A stretch of 62,859 nucleotides of DNA, taken from positions 1 through 62,859 of the forward strand of contig JAHLWZ010000069.1 of NCBI GenBank assembly GCA_020536535.1, given 5' to 3'. Below the pieces are notes generated by a model. It did not search any database. It was not told where the DNA came from and worked only from the letters and a program-made list of their open reading frames with translations. Numbering within the stretch: position 1 is the first letter of the stretch; each line of letters begins with the position of its first letter. Positions 61,813 to 62,859 of the stretch are shown here, piece after piece. Source of the stretch: Pelomyxa schiedti (Eukaryota; Protista; Evosea). A program made the translations under genes and the position numbers.

Positions 61813-62325
61813 AAAGTGGCGAACAATGTCCAGAACCTTGGGGTTGAGGCGAAGGTACTCGGGTGACCTGCCACCAGGAATGTAAAGTCCAGCATACTCC
61901 TCGGGATTAATGGTAGCAAAGGTGGCATTCAAAACAAAGTTGTGTCCTCGCTTCTCACTTTTTAATGCAACCAAACATATTAGACAAAACAGGATAAAAC
62001 CGTATCATTAATACTAATACATAAACAAAGAACCATAGCGAAAAGACACGTACCTGTATGTCTGGTGACCTTCAAAGTCGTGAACCGATGTGGCTACCTT
62101 TGCTCCCGACTCCATGTCAGGGCACACTACGTGAACAGTGTATCCCAACATGCAAAGTGCTTGAAACGGCACCATGAGCTCATAGTCCTATTGCATTTTA
62201 GAGTGGAAAAAATATATAAACATAAAAATTTTTATATATTATCTCGACATAAAAATTGCAAAAAAAATAAGGCGATGTACCTCTACAAAGTCACCGGCTA
62301 AGAAAAGAATCTTCTTTGCTGCCAT
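61813..62325 (-). CDS. PfpI/DJ-1 family protein, 5' part of the intact copy
   Basis: [15 protein letters not shown]|[16 protein letters not shown]...HDFEGHQTY...[14 protein letters not shown]...[10 protein letters not shown]; runs into the gap. Confidence 0.88.
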
Positions 62326-62755
62326 GGTTTATTATTCGCTTGCGGGTCGTCGGTATGCTTGCTTGTTGGGTTTTTTTTTGATGTACTTTGGTTACGTCGG
62401 TGCGCCTTTTAAACAGCGAGGTTTCGTTGGCATTCTTGGATGTGAGCAACGAAAAGACTTGAAAGAAAGCGCTTTTTCGTCACTTTTTCCACTTCCAAAG
62501 GGTACTATTAGGAAATTTCCTGACGTGAACTTGTCTGCACCCGGGTGGGAACCTGGCAGACCTCATTTAGTACACAAACGTTGCCACTCGGTGCTTCGAT
62601 CCTGGAGCTCACTTTCTGGATTGTCCATACCCAGACAAACACAGATCATAAGAGAAGCAAATTGATCAAATACCAGCCAATTTGCAGTTGCGCTTCGGCC
62701 CAATATCGGGGACAGGTTCGGTTTGATTAGGGTTTGGTGGAGTGCGAACGTTACG

Positions 62756-62859
62756 ATGGTGAAAAAAAGCACGAAGAAGTTCCAGACCAAGCACCTGCAG
62801 CATCGCCTGCAACAAAGGAACGAATACCAAAAAAAAGCGAAATTGTGTGGTCCCTTACT
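62756..62859 (+). CDS. NOC2: NOC2 first exon, second copy (partial)
   Basis: Identical to 25756-25859 (MVKKSTKKFQTKHLQHRLQQRNEYQKKAKL). Confidence 0.8.
   Translation, partial: MVKKSTKKFQTKHLQHRLQQRNEYQKKAKLCGPL

Overview
A gene-dense, intron-rich eukaryotic genomic scaffold. Most introns are GT-AG and about 40-65 nt, and the standard genetic code fits. An amoebozoan such as an archamoeba is my inference from gene style, not something the sequence proves. I can reconstruct about 22 protein-coding genes by hand-splicing. Conserved genes: MON2 (5' part), cyclophilin, EMC6, NOC2, 5-oxoprolinase, PPAN/Ssf1, APC1, a Stealth phosphotransferase, a CCCH zinc-finger protein and an RNI-like LRR protein. 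Bacterial-type genes that have acquired introns: DUF1330 and a PfpI/DJ-1. Unusual fusions: ZnF-UBP + CAP_C-like beta-helix + SIRT6-class sirtuin; SAM-like domain + Cys-less pentameric ligand-gated ion channel; ankyrin + F-box + degenerate Ras-like domain + CaaX; and an alpha-actinin with about 10 spectrin repeats. The region 46.3-52.8 kb is two tandem copies of a GGG...CCC terminal-inverted-repeat (TIR) element. The larger copy (5.7 kb) carries a nested TA-flanked TIR element, a solo LTR and gene-like debris. Both window ends, beyond 100-N gaps, are diverged copies of internal segments and are probably alternate haplotigs. One of them shows a 466-bp microhomology deletion in the internal DJ-1 copy. 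Gene coordinates span start to stop including introns. Internal splice sites were inferred by eye and family calls are motif recognition, not database hits.
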